DNA of 60,124 nucleotides from the IMG/VR virus record IMGVR_UViG_3300037245_003898, one strand, 5' to 3'. The notes under the pieces are model-generated. The model saw only the letters and a program-made list of their open reading frames with translations, was not told the origin of the DNA and ran no database searches. The stretch is from an uncultured virus (IMG/VR IMGVR_UViG_3300037245_003898). Its lineage: Duplodnaviria; Heunggongvirae; Uroviricota; Caudoviricetes. Made by a program: the position numbers and the translations under genes. Below are positions 1 through 9,253 of this stretch, piece by piece (position 1 is the first letter of the stretch; each line of letters begins with the position of its first letter).

Positions 1-1
1 A

Positions 2-1663
2 CTCAAGACCCTTCGCAGAATGCATGGTCAGCAATGTAACCGCATCTTCAGTCTTATCTAACTCATCTGAAGTAATCAGTTCCATACTTTGTAAGTAATC
101 GGCAATACGAGCATTCGGATGAGAATCCCCGTAAACTGTTACGTCCACCAGAAGCTCGTTGACGTTATCCACTCGACGCTGCCAGTCATCGTCATGCTTG
201 CTCTGCTCTTTTATGTAGCCGTAGAAACCAGTATCATTCAGTAGCCCCTCCGCAATCGTATTCAAAGGTTCTCCCTGTTCATCCGCTGATTTGTGTTTCT
301 CAATGGCCTTAACAAAAGCAGCAAGACTTTCGCGGGCTTTGCTGGTCATTTTGATACCCGAGGCATTTTTACATGCCTCCAGCATATCAACGCCTTCTTT
401 TTGACAGTATCTCTCCAGATTGCCGATTGCTACATCCCCCACTCCCCGGGCAGGAAGGCGAATAGCTTTATTGAATGCCTGAGTATCCCGAGTATTGGCG
501 AGAAACTTGAGATATGCCATCGTGGTTTTGACTTCTTTGCGGTCGAAGAAACTGAAGCCGCCATAAATGCGATAAGGGATATCTTGCTTACGGAGTTCTA
601 TCTCGGGAAGTTTGCTCTGACTGTTAGTGCGATAAAGAATAGCGCAATCATTCCAATTAAAATCATACTTATGGCTAAGCTGCTGAATGGTTTGGGCTAT
701 TTGAGCAGACTCATCCTCTGGCGTAGCAAACTGCCAGAAACGAACTGGCTCGCCGTCCCCTTGCTCCGACAGAAGTTTAACATCCTTAGCATCTGCATTG
801 TGACGAATTAACCTTTGAGCGTGATCGAGAATCTGGGCTGTAGATCGGTAGTTACGAGGAAGAGTAATCTCTTGCACCCCTTCGAAGTCACGACGAACAT
901 GCCCAATATTTTCTGGCTTGGCCCCGCGCCAAGCAAAGATAGACTGTTGGGGGTCTCCGACTACAAAGAGGTTCTTATGGTTATCCGCAAGCAACTTGAT
1001 GGTTTCATACTGAATCGTATTGGTATCCTGCCATTCATCTACCAGGATATACTTAAAACGACTGGAAAGGACTTCAGCGGCTTTGGGTTTAGCCTTCAGC
1101 AGACGATAGGTCTGCCAAAGTATCCCTGAGAAATCCACAGCATTGAAGTTCTTGAGGGTTTCCAGATATTCCTTTACAATATCAGCCTCAATTGGCTTCA
1201 ATTCCGCTACAATCGTTTCAAACTCGATAATATCTTCACGAAAGTCATTCGCCGCTTTCATGATGCAGGTTATGCCCCAACGATTAGTTTCGTGACCCTG
1301 CATCCGAGCGATCTTCTCAATCAGTTCTCTCTGATCCCTATCGCCATAAACCGAGAACCCCGAAGATAAGCCGACTTCTTTACAGTAACGCCGAAGTATT
1401 GCAAGAAAGAAACTATGGAACGTGCTAATCCAAACTGAAGAAGCTAAATCACCAATCTCTGTGGCAACTCGCTCTCGCATCTCATTCGCAGCTTTATTAG
1501 TGAAAGTAAGACAAAGAATGTTGCTTGGGCCAACGCCTTTCTTGATAAGGTTAACGACCCGAGAGGTAAGGGTTCGAGTTTTCCCTGACCCAGGAACTGC
1601 GGTCACAATGCACGGACCACCGAAATGGTCTACAGCCTGTTGCTGCTCAGGATTCAAATTCAT
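2..1663 (-). CDS. uvrD: UvrD/PcrA/Rep SF1 DNA helicase (3' end runs off the window)
   Basis: Missing from the ORF track because it has no stop in the window. Manual translation from ATG at 1663 gives MNLNPEQQQAV...VTAVPGSGKTRTL (Walker A), LTFTNKAANEM, STFHS, LVDEWQDTN, VGDPQQSIFAWRGA, NYRST, ILYRTN and LLTMHSAKGLE. ATGA overlap with the upstream gene. Confidence 0.95.
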   Translation of the reverse strand, partial: MNLNPEQQQAVDHFGGPCIVTAVPGSGKTRTLTSRVVNLIKKGVGPSNILCLTFTNKAANEMRERVATEIGDLASSVWISTFHSFFLAILRRYCKEVGLSSGFSVYGDRDQRELIEKIARMQGHETNRWGITCIMKAANDFREDIIEFETIVAELKPIEADIVKEYLETLKNFNAVDFSGILWQTYRLLKAKPKAAEVLSSRFKYILVDEWQDTNTIQYETIKLLADNHKNLFVVGDPQQSIFAWRGAKPENIGHVRRDFEGVQEITLPRNYRSTAQILDHAQRLIRHNADAKDVKLLSEQGDGEPVRFWQFATPEDESAQIAQTIQQLSHKYDFNWNDCAILYRTNSQSKLPEIELRKQDIPYRIYGGFSFFDRKEVKTTMAYLKFLANTRDTQAFNKAIRLPARGVGDVAIGNLERYCQKEGVDMLEACKNASGIKMTSKARESLAAFVKAIEKHKSADEQGEPLNTIAEGLLNDTGFYGYIKEQSKHDDDWQRRVDNVNELLVDVTVYGDSHPNARIADYLQSMELITSDELDKTEDAVTLLTMHSAKGLE

Positions 1664-1872
1664 GTAAAACACCAATAGGTAGTACAATTATCCGAGACTG
1701 TCGTTGTCGTCCAATATCCTTGTGCGACCAACTCATCGACAATGGGTTGAGCATCTAAAAACGTCTCATAAAAACCTTTAGCGAATTCAAACTCATTGAA
1801 ATCGCTAATTTTGAAAGTCAGTTGGGGTGATTCCTCTCTTGTAAACTTCGCTTCAGTTAGATCGATTATCAC
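1660..1872 (-). CDS. hypothetical protein (70 aa)
   Basis: ORF track; 4-nt start/stop overlaps with both neighbours. Confidence 0.65.
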   Translation of the reverse strand: MIIDLTEAKFTREESPQLTFKISDFNEFEFAKGFYETFLDAQPIVDELVAQGYWTTTTVSDNCTTYWCFT

Positions 1873-2144
1873 TCTAAGTCCCTCATTTTATGACGAATGG
1901 CCCTGGGAGAGAATGTTCCCACAGGGAATTGGTGCAAGACCTTCCCATCGTCACTAACGATTTGGACAACGGGATATGCCCGCACTCCATCTACCATTCC
2001 TATTTTCCATTCATCCAGCAAATCCTGGTTCCCATCTGCATCACCATCAAACAGCTCTATTGGCAGCCCTGCCGACTGGATACGAGGAATGTAGACCTTG
2101 CAAGTAGGACAATCTTCGGATTTGATAATTCTTACTCTCATCAT
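1869..2144 (-). CDS. thioredoxin/glutaredoxin-like protein
   Basis: N-terminal CPTC (CxxC) after a beta strand, cis-Pro motif AYPVV, about 90 aa. Confidence 0.7.
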   Translation of the reverse strand: MMRVRIIKSEDCPTCKVYIPRIQSAGLPIELFDGDADGNQDLLDEWKIGMVDGVRAYPVVQIVSDDGKVLHQFPVGTFSPRAIRHKMRDLE

Positions 2145-2596
2145 CCATTCGGGGTACTTAGTTTAGCGCGTACAGCGAGTTCGTTCTCAAGTAGTTTCTT
2201 GACATCCAGCTTTCCTTCGTCCATCAGAGACCCGAGTCTCCGCTGCATCGAACCGGCTTCATCTACCAAACCATCCGAGACTTTGCCAAGCTCTTCTTCT
2301 ATCTTGCCAGTGAAAGCCTGGACATGCTCAGCATAATTCTTTTCACTGACCCTCTCTCTGCTCGGGTCGTCCTCAATTACCAGATTGAACTCTGGTCTTT
2401 TAGTTCGAAATAGTGTTGCAGTTCGTTTCATCTCTATATCAGGGACAATCGAGTTGCCCTTGAAAGTAAAATCAGTTTTGTGTAAATATACAATACGGAT
2501 ACTATCTAGAGTGAAAAAGTGGCAGTTGAGAATCAGAAATCCTGATTCCTCATCATAACGAGCATCTAAACATCTGACCTTATATGGATCTGGCAT
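2141..2596 (-). CDS. hypothetical protein
   Basis: 151-aa ORF translationally coupled to its neighbours. Confidence 0.75.
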   Translation of the reverse strand: MPDPYKVRCLDARYDEESGFLILNCHFFTLDSIRIVYLHKTDFTFKGNSIVPDIEMKRTATLFRTKRPEFNLVIEDDPSRERVSEKNYAEHVQAFTGKIEEELGKVSDGLVDEAGSMQRRLGSLMDEGKLDVKKLLENELAVRAKLSTPNG

Positions 2597-3321
2597 TAGC
2601 TGACCCCATTCTTCTTTAATTCGCCTTCGAGAACTTCAAGAAAGTCTTCTATCCGCTCTAAAGACGGATTCTGCAATCTAAGTTCACTAAGCTGAGTCAA
2701 AAAACCTTCGTCGAAAAGCTCCAAAAGAACGTGATCATGAAATGTCCTGTAACATCCCTGTGGGTCATCATGGGCTTTGATAATCCCTTTGGGCACTCCA
2801 ATTCTTGATTCACACCGTATGGTGTGCTTAAACCATTTATCCTCTTGGTCTTTTGTTATTGGCTTCTCGTCTTTCGTAGAAACCAAGTCGCATTGAGGTC
2901 TCGTCTCATAGTCCTTGCCATACCTTCCCTTTAAGTTGGCTAACCTGGAATCCCAACTCTCTTGCGGAATAACCGCATACATTCTACATGCGAACGGACG
3001 GTTGTCATATACCAGACAATGGTCTTTCCAAAATATGCACCCTTTGTCCAGTTCTGTGATCAGATGATTTCGAATAGAACGGATGACTATTTCGGCCCGC
3101 TTGTCTTTGTCCCACTTCTCGACTTCTTCCCAGACCTTCAAAAATTCGATGTAGTACATACTTGGATTCAGTGAGCGACAACACCAAATCGCGTCAGCGT
3201 CATTGGCCTTCTGGCAATTTTCACAGCCTTGAGTCTCAGGCATTTCATTATACAGAATACCTAATGAGACAATCGGGCCTCGAATGTTATTGTCTCTCGT
3301 GTCTATTCCATAAGGGTTCAT
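2596..3321 (-). CDS. YkgJ-family (CxxCxxCC) Fe-S/Zn cysteine-cluster protein
   Basis: CENC...WCC at the N-terminus and the family-typical GCIFWKDHCLVYDNRPFACRMY motif. Confidence 0.8.
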   Translation of the reverse strand: MNPYGIDTRDNNIRGPIVSLGILYNEMPETQGCENCQKANDADAIWCCRSLNPSMYYIEFLKVWEEVEKWDKDKRAEIVIRSIRNHLITELDKGCIFWKDHCLVYDNRPFACRMYAVIPQESWDSRLANLKGRYGKDYETRPQCDLVSTKDEKPITKDQEDKWFKHTIRCESRIGVPKGIIKAHDDPQGCYRTFHDHVLLELFDEGFLTQLSELRLQNPSLERIEDFLEVLEGELKKNGVS

Positions 3322-3896
3322 AAATCCTGTTCGCTGATATTATCCACAGAGGTTGGTTCCGGAGACGACTCTTTCGGTTTCACCTTAGAAGGATGAGTGC
3401 TTTCAGTCTCATCCTCATAGGAAATACTAATGCCTTCAGCGGCATCTTTCGATTCCACACCCGGGATGTCAATCTTTTGATCATGCAGACATTCGAAGAT
3501 CTTGTTCACTTCTTTCTTGACAATGACTTCTTTGGTTTCTGTAACTTGATTCTTAACTCCTTGCTCTTCCAGAAACACAAGCACTGCTTTTTCGTCTTTA
3601 ATCTTCCATGTTCTTTTTCCAGCACGACGAGTAACTTTGCCGACGCCTGGAAAATGCATAGTTTTCTTCTTGGCATCAGTCGAAATCATTGTGCGCAAGA
3701 CGACTTGCCGCAGCCTGTCGGCTCGCTCCCCCAATTCTTTGATCTCCTCGTCTATCTGCTTGGTACGATATTGTTTGAGTTCCTTAAAGAACTTAGTTTT
3801 ACTCTCTACTTCTTGAATCAATATAAGAACGTTCTCAATTTCATATTTTGAGTCCAACACGTAATCAAAACCCATGCTCTCAACATCAATGCTCAT
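3318..3896 (-). CDS. Mu Gam / siphovirus Gp157-like DNA end-binding protein
   Basis: N-terminal coiled coil followed by KKTMHFPGVGKVTRR...IKDEKAVLVFL...KEVIVKKEV...IPGVE. Confidence 0.6.
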   Translation of the reverse strand: MSIDVESMGFDYVLDSKYEIENVLILIQEVESKTKFFKELKQYRTKQIDEEIKELGERADRLRQVVLRTMISTDAKKKTMHFPGVGKVTRRAGKRTWKIKDEKAVLVFLEEQGVKNQVTETKEVIVKKEVNKIFECLHDQKIDIPGVESKDAAEGISISYEDETESTHPSKVKPKESSPEPTSVDNISEQDL

Positions 3897-3907
3897 TAGT
3901 AACTCCA

Positions 3908-3930
3908 GAAAATAAAGCCTCCAAGGGCTC
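3908..3930 (-). terminator. possible weak intrinsic terminator after spoVS-like gene
   Basis: Minus strand reads GAGCC-CTTGGA-GGCTT followed by TATTTTCT; short stem. Confidence 0.3.
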
Positions 3931-3943
3931 TATGTTGGTTAGA

Positions 3944-4447
3944 CTATGTCTCAGACACCGAGTCTGGGTCTGACATCTTATAGCCTTCAAGTGTGAAAAT
4001 AATCGCCGTTACATTGTTTACATGCTGCTCACTACGCAGAGCCCCCAAGTTGCCTTGATCAAATGATGGGGTAAAGCTTAGTCGAATGCCCTTAGTTGTG
4101 CAATATCCATTGGCAATAGACATGGCCTTGATAGCGTTATAATTAGCATTACGACCAATACAACGGATTGTGGCGTATCCATGATTCGATACCGCCATAA
4201 AGATGGCACTCGCTAAATCTTTGACGTGCTTCTTCTCAAGATGATGACGTTCATCATCGATTTTGCGCTTCAACTCTGGAATACGGACATCAGTGGTTGG
4301 AACAGATGCTCGCATAAGGGTTTTTAGCGCTGCCTCTGATGGAGCAGCAAAACGGCCTTTAGCCACCAGAAAACCAGGATCCCCTTCTTTTTCTTTGAAT
4401 GAACTCGAACGAATAATCTTCGGGGATAGTTCTGATTCGTTATTCAT
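3944..4447 (-). CDS. spoVS: SpoVS-family (Alba-like fold) protein with N-terminal extension
   Basis: LASAIFMAVSNHGYATIRCIGRNANYNAIKAMSIANGY...IRLSFTPSF...VTAIIF parallels SpoVS VAGALAGVLRERGAAEIQAIGAGALNQAVKAVAIARGF...LICIPAF...RTAIKL. Confidence 0.8.
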   Translation of the reverse strand: MNNESELSPKIIRSSSFKEKEGDPGFLVAKGRFAAPSEAALKTLMRASVPTTDVRIPELKRKIDDERHHLEKKHVKDLASAIFMAVSNHGYATIRCIGRNANYNAIKAMSIANGYCTTKGIRLSFTPSFDQGNLGALRSEQHVNNVTAIIFTLEGYKMSDPDSVSET

Positions 4448-4478
4448 AATATGTTCTCCAAGTTGTCGCCGTTCTCTT

Positions 4479-4485
4479 ATTATAC
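4479..4485 (-). promoter_or_regulatory. GTATAAT -10-type promoter upstream of spoVS-like gene
   Basis: Intergenic AGTATAATA, followed by GGAG RBS and ATG at 4447. Confidence 0.6.
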
Positions 4486-4488
4486 TCG

Positions 4489-5574
4489 TTACTCACGGAG
4501 CAACTGCTCTAACTCTTTGCAGTCTCTAATCGCACGGATTCGACGGCGCACATCTTTCTTTTCTATCTCAAGGGTCTCGGCAATATCATCAACTTCATAG
4601 CCCGATGCAATCAGCTTCAAAATGTCCCGGTCAAGTTTATCGTTGATGCATTGCTCAATGGTCCGAAACGTGTACTCATACTTTTGGGTCACCTTCCCAT
4701 CTCTAATCTCAGCGTAATCCAAATCGTCGTTGTCTGGCTTCATATCAGCTATCATGCCACTCAGGAAGGATTCTTCGTTACGAACAGCATGGTCCAGACT
4801 GTAAGGCTCAGATTGTATAAGGGCGGTTGAGTGACGAATGATAAACTCTTCCCAGCTCAAAGGTTCGGCGTACCGACTAAACTTATCAGATAACGAACGA
4901 ATATGCCCCTCGTTGATTTCAGCCACTACCCTTTTAGTAAAGGGGCATAAAACCCCCCGTGAGCCGTCCGGCAAACGCCAAGGCCAACGAACCCTGCGCT
5001 TTTCGTCGCTGTACTCTTTTGCTCTACCTGCCTGCATATCAAGCCACTTTGCTGCGGTCTTATCTCCCCAGGTGATAGCGTATACAACAGGCTTAGTAAC
5101 AACATCGTAAATCTTCCCTTTCCAGAACATGAAACGAGGTAAGTCACTTTTGCCTTTCCAGTGCTGAAGATGATTCTCGTCAATACGACCAACTTTGCGA
5201 CCACAAACAGGGCAAGTAACTGAAGGTCTTTTCTTCATGCGAAAAGAAGAAGTCTTGACATTCGACTTCCAATTCGTTAGTATTTTGTAGAACCATCGGT
5301 TGAAATTACCAAGTCTACTAAGCCCTTTGGCAATAGCATTTTGTTCGGCATGCTCAGGATTGAAAGTGTTGATGGCATGCACTAGCTTGAAATCGAACTC
5401 GGACTCAAATGTCATCCTATCCATAAAATCGGAGAGTTGAGCAAACCAGACATCTTTGTAGTTCTCGTAGTAAAACAGAATGGGTCGAAAATCATCCGAC
5501 TTACGATCATCACGATACAAGACAACCTGTTCAGTTACAGGTCTCCCATTCGAACAGTAATTGACTTTAGACAT
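4489..5574 (-). CDS. sigma70-family (SigH/ECF-like) RNA polymerase sigma factor with internal Zn-finger-like insertion
   Basis: Region 2-like KLVHAINTFNP...NFNRWFYKILTNWKSNVKTSSFRMKK, then YSLD...EESFLSGMI, then region 4 HTH DRDILKLIASGYEVDDIAETLEIEKKDVRRRIRAIR. Confidence 0.7.
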   Translation of the reverse strand: MSKVNYCSNGRPVTEQVVLYRDDRKSDDFRPILFYYENYKDVWFAQLSDFMDRMTFESEFDFKLVHAINTFNPEHAEQNAIAKGLSRLGNFNRWFYKILTNWKSNVKTSSFRMKKRPSVTCPVCGRKVGRIDENHLQHWKGKSDLPRFMFWKGKIYDVVTKPVVYAITWGDKTAAKWLDMQAGRAKEYSDEKRRVRWPWRLPDGSRGVLCPFTKRVVAEINEGHIRSLSDKFSRYAEPLSWEEFIIRHSTALIQSEPYSLDHAVRNEESFLSGMIADMKPDNDDLDYAEIRDGKVTQKYEYTFRTIEQCINDKLDRDILKLIASGYEVDDIAETLEIEKKDVRRRIRAIRDCKELEQLLRE

Positions 5575-6523
5575 CCAGATCTCCTATCCCACTCCCGACG
5601 ACCACCGGTGCTACCGCAGGGACCGGGCTCGTGACTTTCTTGCGTTTATCGTGCCGACCATTCCAACAGTCTCCTCGGAATTTACAACGCATGCATTGAT
5701 AGTGTGTTTTTGAATCAAACCCTCTTTTAGGCAAAGTCCTATTGCCCTGCGAGTTTTGAGCTTCCACCTGATTTTTTAATGTTATCGCTTCAGCCCTCTT
5801 TACCTCCAGCAGCTTGTCATCTCTGGGAATAAGGAATTCCTTCACCCCTTGGTTGTTCTTGTTCTCATAGAGAAACTTGCCAAACTTCAAACCTGATAGA
5901 TATAGATAAACCTGCATTTGAGTTATATGCGCAGATTTAGGAGCATCCAGTTTCTTGCTGTATTCGAAATCATTAATGGTTTTGAAGTCGATAACGGTAA
6001 ATCGCTCGTCTGGGTCACAGACTACGTTCTTATAGCCGCTTTCCTTGGCTGCAATTTCATTGTCAATGATGCCATCTACATGACCGCCCCACATAACCTC
6101 TCGGTCCAAAAACCCTACCTCGACATACTCAAAGCGAGTTGAGCCACATTCACATTTCTTAGGTCTAAGCACCCCCAGCTTTTCTTCAGTTCCATGTACC
6201 CTGGGAGCGTGGATATGAGCCATCCAGTTTTTGCACAGCCATCTGCCCATCAGAGCCTTCGTCCACTCCATGTACTTCCGCCAGCGATCATGCATCGAAT
6301 GGCCGTTATCGAAGATACGCTGACCTTGCGGATCAATCTTTAGGGCTCCTCGGTCGATAGTGATATAGCCTTTTGCCTCGTAGTAAGCGTAAGCTATTTT
6401 TCTCTTGCAACCGTCCCATTCACTTGGATGAAAGTGCGTATAGTCACGTTCCTTGGATTCTATTTCAGCGACGGCCTTCTCAACCAACTTTAGGTTGACA
6501 ATATCAAGTAGATTGACGATCAT
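5567..6523 (-). CDS. Cas4/RecB-like PD-(D/E)XK exonuclease with Fe-S ligands
   Basis: HPSEWDGCKRK, GHSMH, GHVDGII, VIDFKT, QMQVY, C-terminal CMRCKFRGDC. No CRISPR array or other cas genes in the window. Confidence 0.85.
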   Translation of the reverse strand: MIVNLLDIVNLKLVEKAVAEIESKERDYTHFHPSEWDGCKRKIAYAYYEAKGYITIDRGALKIDPQGQRIFDNGHSMHDRWRKYMEWTKALMGRWLCKNWMAHIHAPRVHGTEEKLGVLRPKKCECGSTRFEYVEVGFLDREVMWGGHVDGIIDNEIAAKESGYKNVVCDPDERFTVIDFKTINDFEYSKKLDAPKSAHITQMQVYLYLSGLKFGKFLYENKNNQGVKEFLIPRDDKLLEVKRAEAITLKNQVEAQNSQGNRTLPKRGFDSKTHYQCMRCKFRGDCWNGRHDKRKKVTSPVPAVAPVVVGSGIGDLDV

Positions 6524-7262
6524 AAGTGTTCTTCCGTAATTCTCGTAATTTAGCGTCTATCATTTGTTTGAGCGCGGTTACACCATGTTTCCGCAAAAAA
6601 CTATCTGGGTCAGTATTCTCGGGGAACTCAACATACGAAAATTTATTGCGATATTCGGGGAGGGGCAGAAAACCATCAAAGCCACAATAGGGCTTCATCT
6701 CATCCATGGCCTTCTTGATGCCTTTCTGCCCGGCCTGATTGTCATCCTGGTCTAAGACCAAAATGATTTCTTCGCAATACCGCTGCAAAACTGCGAACTG
6801 AATTGCACTGATATCATGAGAACACAATCCCACAGTATTACGAAATCCGTGATTGTGCATCTGCATTACATCGAATTGACCCTCAACAACCGTGGCAAAT
6901 TTCCACTTTCTCATATAGGGAATAGCATTGGGGGCTCCATATAAGAAGAAGCTCTTCTTGTAGCTCTCGTGCCAATAGACAGGGAGAGGATTTTCAGAGT
7001 CATCAATCATGCGCGATGCGACCACCACCAAATGCTTGCTGGGGTCGAATAAGGGCAGAATAATTCTGCCTCGAAGTTGATGATTGACATTTTTAGGAAC
7101 GTAGCCCACCCTAAACGCTTTCAGTATTAACTCTGACAATTGCCTTTGGCCGAGAAGATAGTCCAAACCTGGCTTACCATCATCTGACCAAAGGCACTGC
7201 TGAGATTTTTCAACTATATCTGTTCGTTCAACGGAGTCGAACGCCCTACGTAACTTCATCAT
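6504..7262 (-). CDS. dnaG: DnaG-type primase catalytic core (TOPRIM), lacking the zinc-binding domain
   Basis: DYLLGQRQLS...FRVGY, GRIILPL, KSFFLYG, VVEGQFDVM, LDQDDNQAGQKG, TDPDSFL. Confidence 0.85.
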   Translation of the reverse strand: MMKLRRAFDSVERTDIVEKSQQCLWSDDGKPGLDYLLGQRQLSELILKAFRVGYVPKNVNHQLRGRIILPLFDPSKHLVVVASRMIDDSENPLPVYWHESYKKSFFLYGAPNAIPYMRKWKFATVVEGQFDVMQMHNHGFRNTVGLCSHDISAIQFAVLQRYCEEIILVLDQDDNQAGQKGIKKAMDEMKPYCGFDGFLPLPEYRNKFSYVEFPENTDPDSFLRKHGVTALKQMIDAKLRELRKNTYDRQST

Positions 7263-8493
7263 CTAAATCAATAGCTGGAGCTAACCGTTTTGATTTGGCA
7301 GCCGCCTTGACAGGCTTAGCCTGCTTCGGCTTGTATTTATCTGCCAACTTTATTAACGTAGGAGAAATTTTGACGGGACTTTTGAGAGATTTGTTCTTCT
7401 CTCCTCTTGCGGCTTCTACGCAATCTGCGGCAAGACGTGATTCCAGCTTTTCATCACGAATCTTGGCAAGTACCGTGGATTCTCCTTTCTCTGATAAGAT
7501 GATTCCATTCGTATCCTTCCATGTCAAGGTACCATTTCGGATAGTTATGACTTTAAGGCGTCGTGCCAAATCATAGATTTTCTTCGCCTCATCAGGGAAA
7601 TACTCGCGATAGTATATCGGAACCTCGATATCCGTCCCGGGCTGAACGGGCGGCGCCTTCTTGTTTTTAACAATAGTGCATTTAGCGTAATGCCCAATCA
7701 GTTCTTTCTGTCCAATTTCATCTTCAGACCAAACTCGGCCTTTTTCTCCTCCAACCTTTTCAACGCTAATTCGTTGATGGGCAAAGAACTTCAAGGCTCG
7801 ACCGCCCGGAGTATGAAATCTGTTTTGAATATACGCGCCAGGTTGGTCTCGTAATTGGTTGATAAAAATAGCCGTGGTTTCAGTTTTTTTGCAAGCTGGG
7901 GCAATCTTCTTCAACATGGTAGACATGGACCGAGCAACTTCAGCAATACCGGACTTATCAGGGTCTTTGTGGAAATCATCAGAGAGAATACGTTCGGGCA
8001 TCAACCCTGCTACCGAATCCAGAACCACAACGTCGAACACGTTACTCGCAACTGTTTGGTACATCATCTCCAGAATCTTGTTGACGTTGTACAGTGAAAC
8101 CGAGTCTTTGTTATCCACCCCCTCAATTTGTGACAATTCAGGGAGCACCAACTTAGTCGGATCGACTCCATTCAGTATTGCTAGAGCTTCATCAAAAGCT
8201 GATTCGGCATCATACCAACAGCAGCGCATGCCTACCTTTTGAGCACAACCTACTGTCCTCAACGCCAAACTGGTTTTACCAGACCCTTCCGAGCCCATAA
8301 GCTCAATGATACCACCCTTGTAAACCCCCAATGTCCCCCTGGTGAGCAAACAGTCTAAATCATCATGACCGGTCGGAATTCCCTTAAGTTGAGCATCAGC
8401 TAAACCACGAGTGCCAAAGCCCTCACCGAAGTTGTTTTCCAGAGACCGAATCATAGCGTCGAAATATTTATCGGTGGGAATTTTGTTCGCCAT
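7246..8493 (-). CDS. recA: RecA/UvsX recombinase
   Basis: IPTGHDDLD, ELMGSEGSGKT, YDAESAFD, VVLDSVAGL, IFINQLR, TPGGRALKFFA, VKNKKAPP; GAGGAG RBS. Confidence 0.95.
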   Translation of the reverse strand: MANKIPTDKYFDAMIRSLENNFGEGFGTRGLADAQLKGIPTGHDDLDCLLTRGTLGVYKGGIIELMGSEGSGKTSLALRTVGCAQKVGMRCCWYDAESAFDEALAILNGVDPTKLVLPELSQIEGVDNKDSVSLYNVNKILEMMYQTVASNVFDVVVLDSVAGLMPERILSDDFHKDPDKSGIAEVARSMSTMLKKIAPACKKTETTAIFINQLRDQPGAYIQNRFHTPGGRALKFFAHQRISVEKVGGEKGRVWSEDEIGQKELIGHYAKCTIVKNKKAPPVQPGTDIEVPIYYREYFPDEAKKIYDLARRLKVITIRNGTLTWKDTNGIILSEKGESTVLAKIRDEKLESRLAADCVEAARGEKNKSLKSPVKISPTLIKLADKYKPKQAKPVKAAAKSKRLAPAIDLDDEVT

Positions 8494-8519
8494 GATTACT
8501 CCTCAGTTATTAGAAGGTG

Positions 8520-8550
8520 AAAAGACCGGGCAGGCGAACCCACCCGGTCT
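8520..8550 (-). terminator. intrinsic terminator / UUCG hairpin between ssb and recA
   Basis: Minus strand AGACCGGGTGGG-TTCG-CCTGCCCGGTCT-TTT: 12-bp stem with two G-U pairs, UUCG loop and a short U tract. Confidence 0.75.
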
Positions 8551-8562
8551 AGTGTGAAAGGA

Positions 8563-9234
8563 TTACCACAGGTCGGTATCGTTGATACCTGCCCCTGCTG
8601 CCTGCGTTGGAGCTGCCTGCGCTGGAGCTGCCTTTGGTAGATCTTGAGCAGCATTCGCGGGCTCATCCGTGATGGACTCACCCTTGCCCCGAGCAACAAC
8701 TTTCGAGAGAGGAACACCAGTGTACAGAGACTCCAGGTCATAGACCTCTCCGCTGTTTTTGACGCGCTCTACCTCTTCTTCTGAGAGAGGAGCAGGACGA
8801 ATGCACTGAGCATTGTACTTTCGAGCCAAACCATCACCAGTTACCTGGATGAGCCAGTCACCGCCACCCATTCCACCAGGATGAGTGTTGTTGCCCTTGG
8901 CCCACAAAGCGAACTGTTTGAAAATCATCTGTCCGCCTTCCATGATCTTGATTTTGTTGTCTTCTCGGTCAATAACGTTGACAGCGTAACGATGCTGAGG
9001 CTTGCACTCCATACCGAATTCTTCGGAAAGAAGGGCAGCCGCCGCATCAACATCTTCGGTCTCAACCACGACACTCTTGTTAGTGGGTTTCACAAAAAAC
9101 TTGAAGAATTCAAATGCCCTACCCACGGGACGAACAGTATACATTTTCCCAGATTCGAAGCGAAGGTACTTACCGCGGTTGCCACCACCTTGCTCCTCGC
9201 CACCGAGAGAGTTCCAGTCAACAATATTTGCCAT
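8563..9234 (-). CDS. T4 gp32-like single-stranded DNA-binding protein
   Basis: Start reassigned to MANIVDW (AGGAGA RBS). KYLRFESG...VRPVG, RYAVNVIDREDNKIKIMEGG, GGDWLIQVTGDG..RKY; Ala-rich linker and acidic tail INDTDLW; adjacent to recA. Confidence 0.75.
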   Translation of the reverse strand: MANIVDWNSLGGEEQGGGNRGKYLRFESGKMYTVRPVGRAFEFFKFFVKPTNKSVVVETEDVDAAAALLSEEFGMECKPQHRYAVNVIDREDNKIKIMEGGQMIFKQFALWAKGNNTHPGGMGGGDWLIQVTGDGLARKYNAQCIRPAPLSEEEVERVKNSGEVYDLESLYTGVPLSKVVARGKGESITDEPANAAQDLPKAAPAQAAPTQAAGAGINDTDLW

Positions 9235-9253
9235 TGTATTTCTCCTGTTAGAA

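Noticed and set aside
293..1667. Plus-strand ORFs at 293-811, 815-1129 and 1422-1667
   Set aside because: Antisense shadows of the UvrD gene, which the track missed because it runs off the window.
5567..6523. CRISPR-Cas system suggested by the Cas4-like gene
   Set aside because: No repeat-spacer array and no cas1/cas2 or effector genes seen in the window.
8595..8635. 15-nt imperfect repeats in ssb
   Set aside because: They simply encode the AAPAQ/AAPTQ low-complexity linker.
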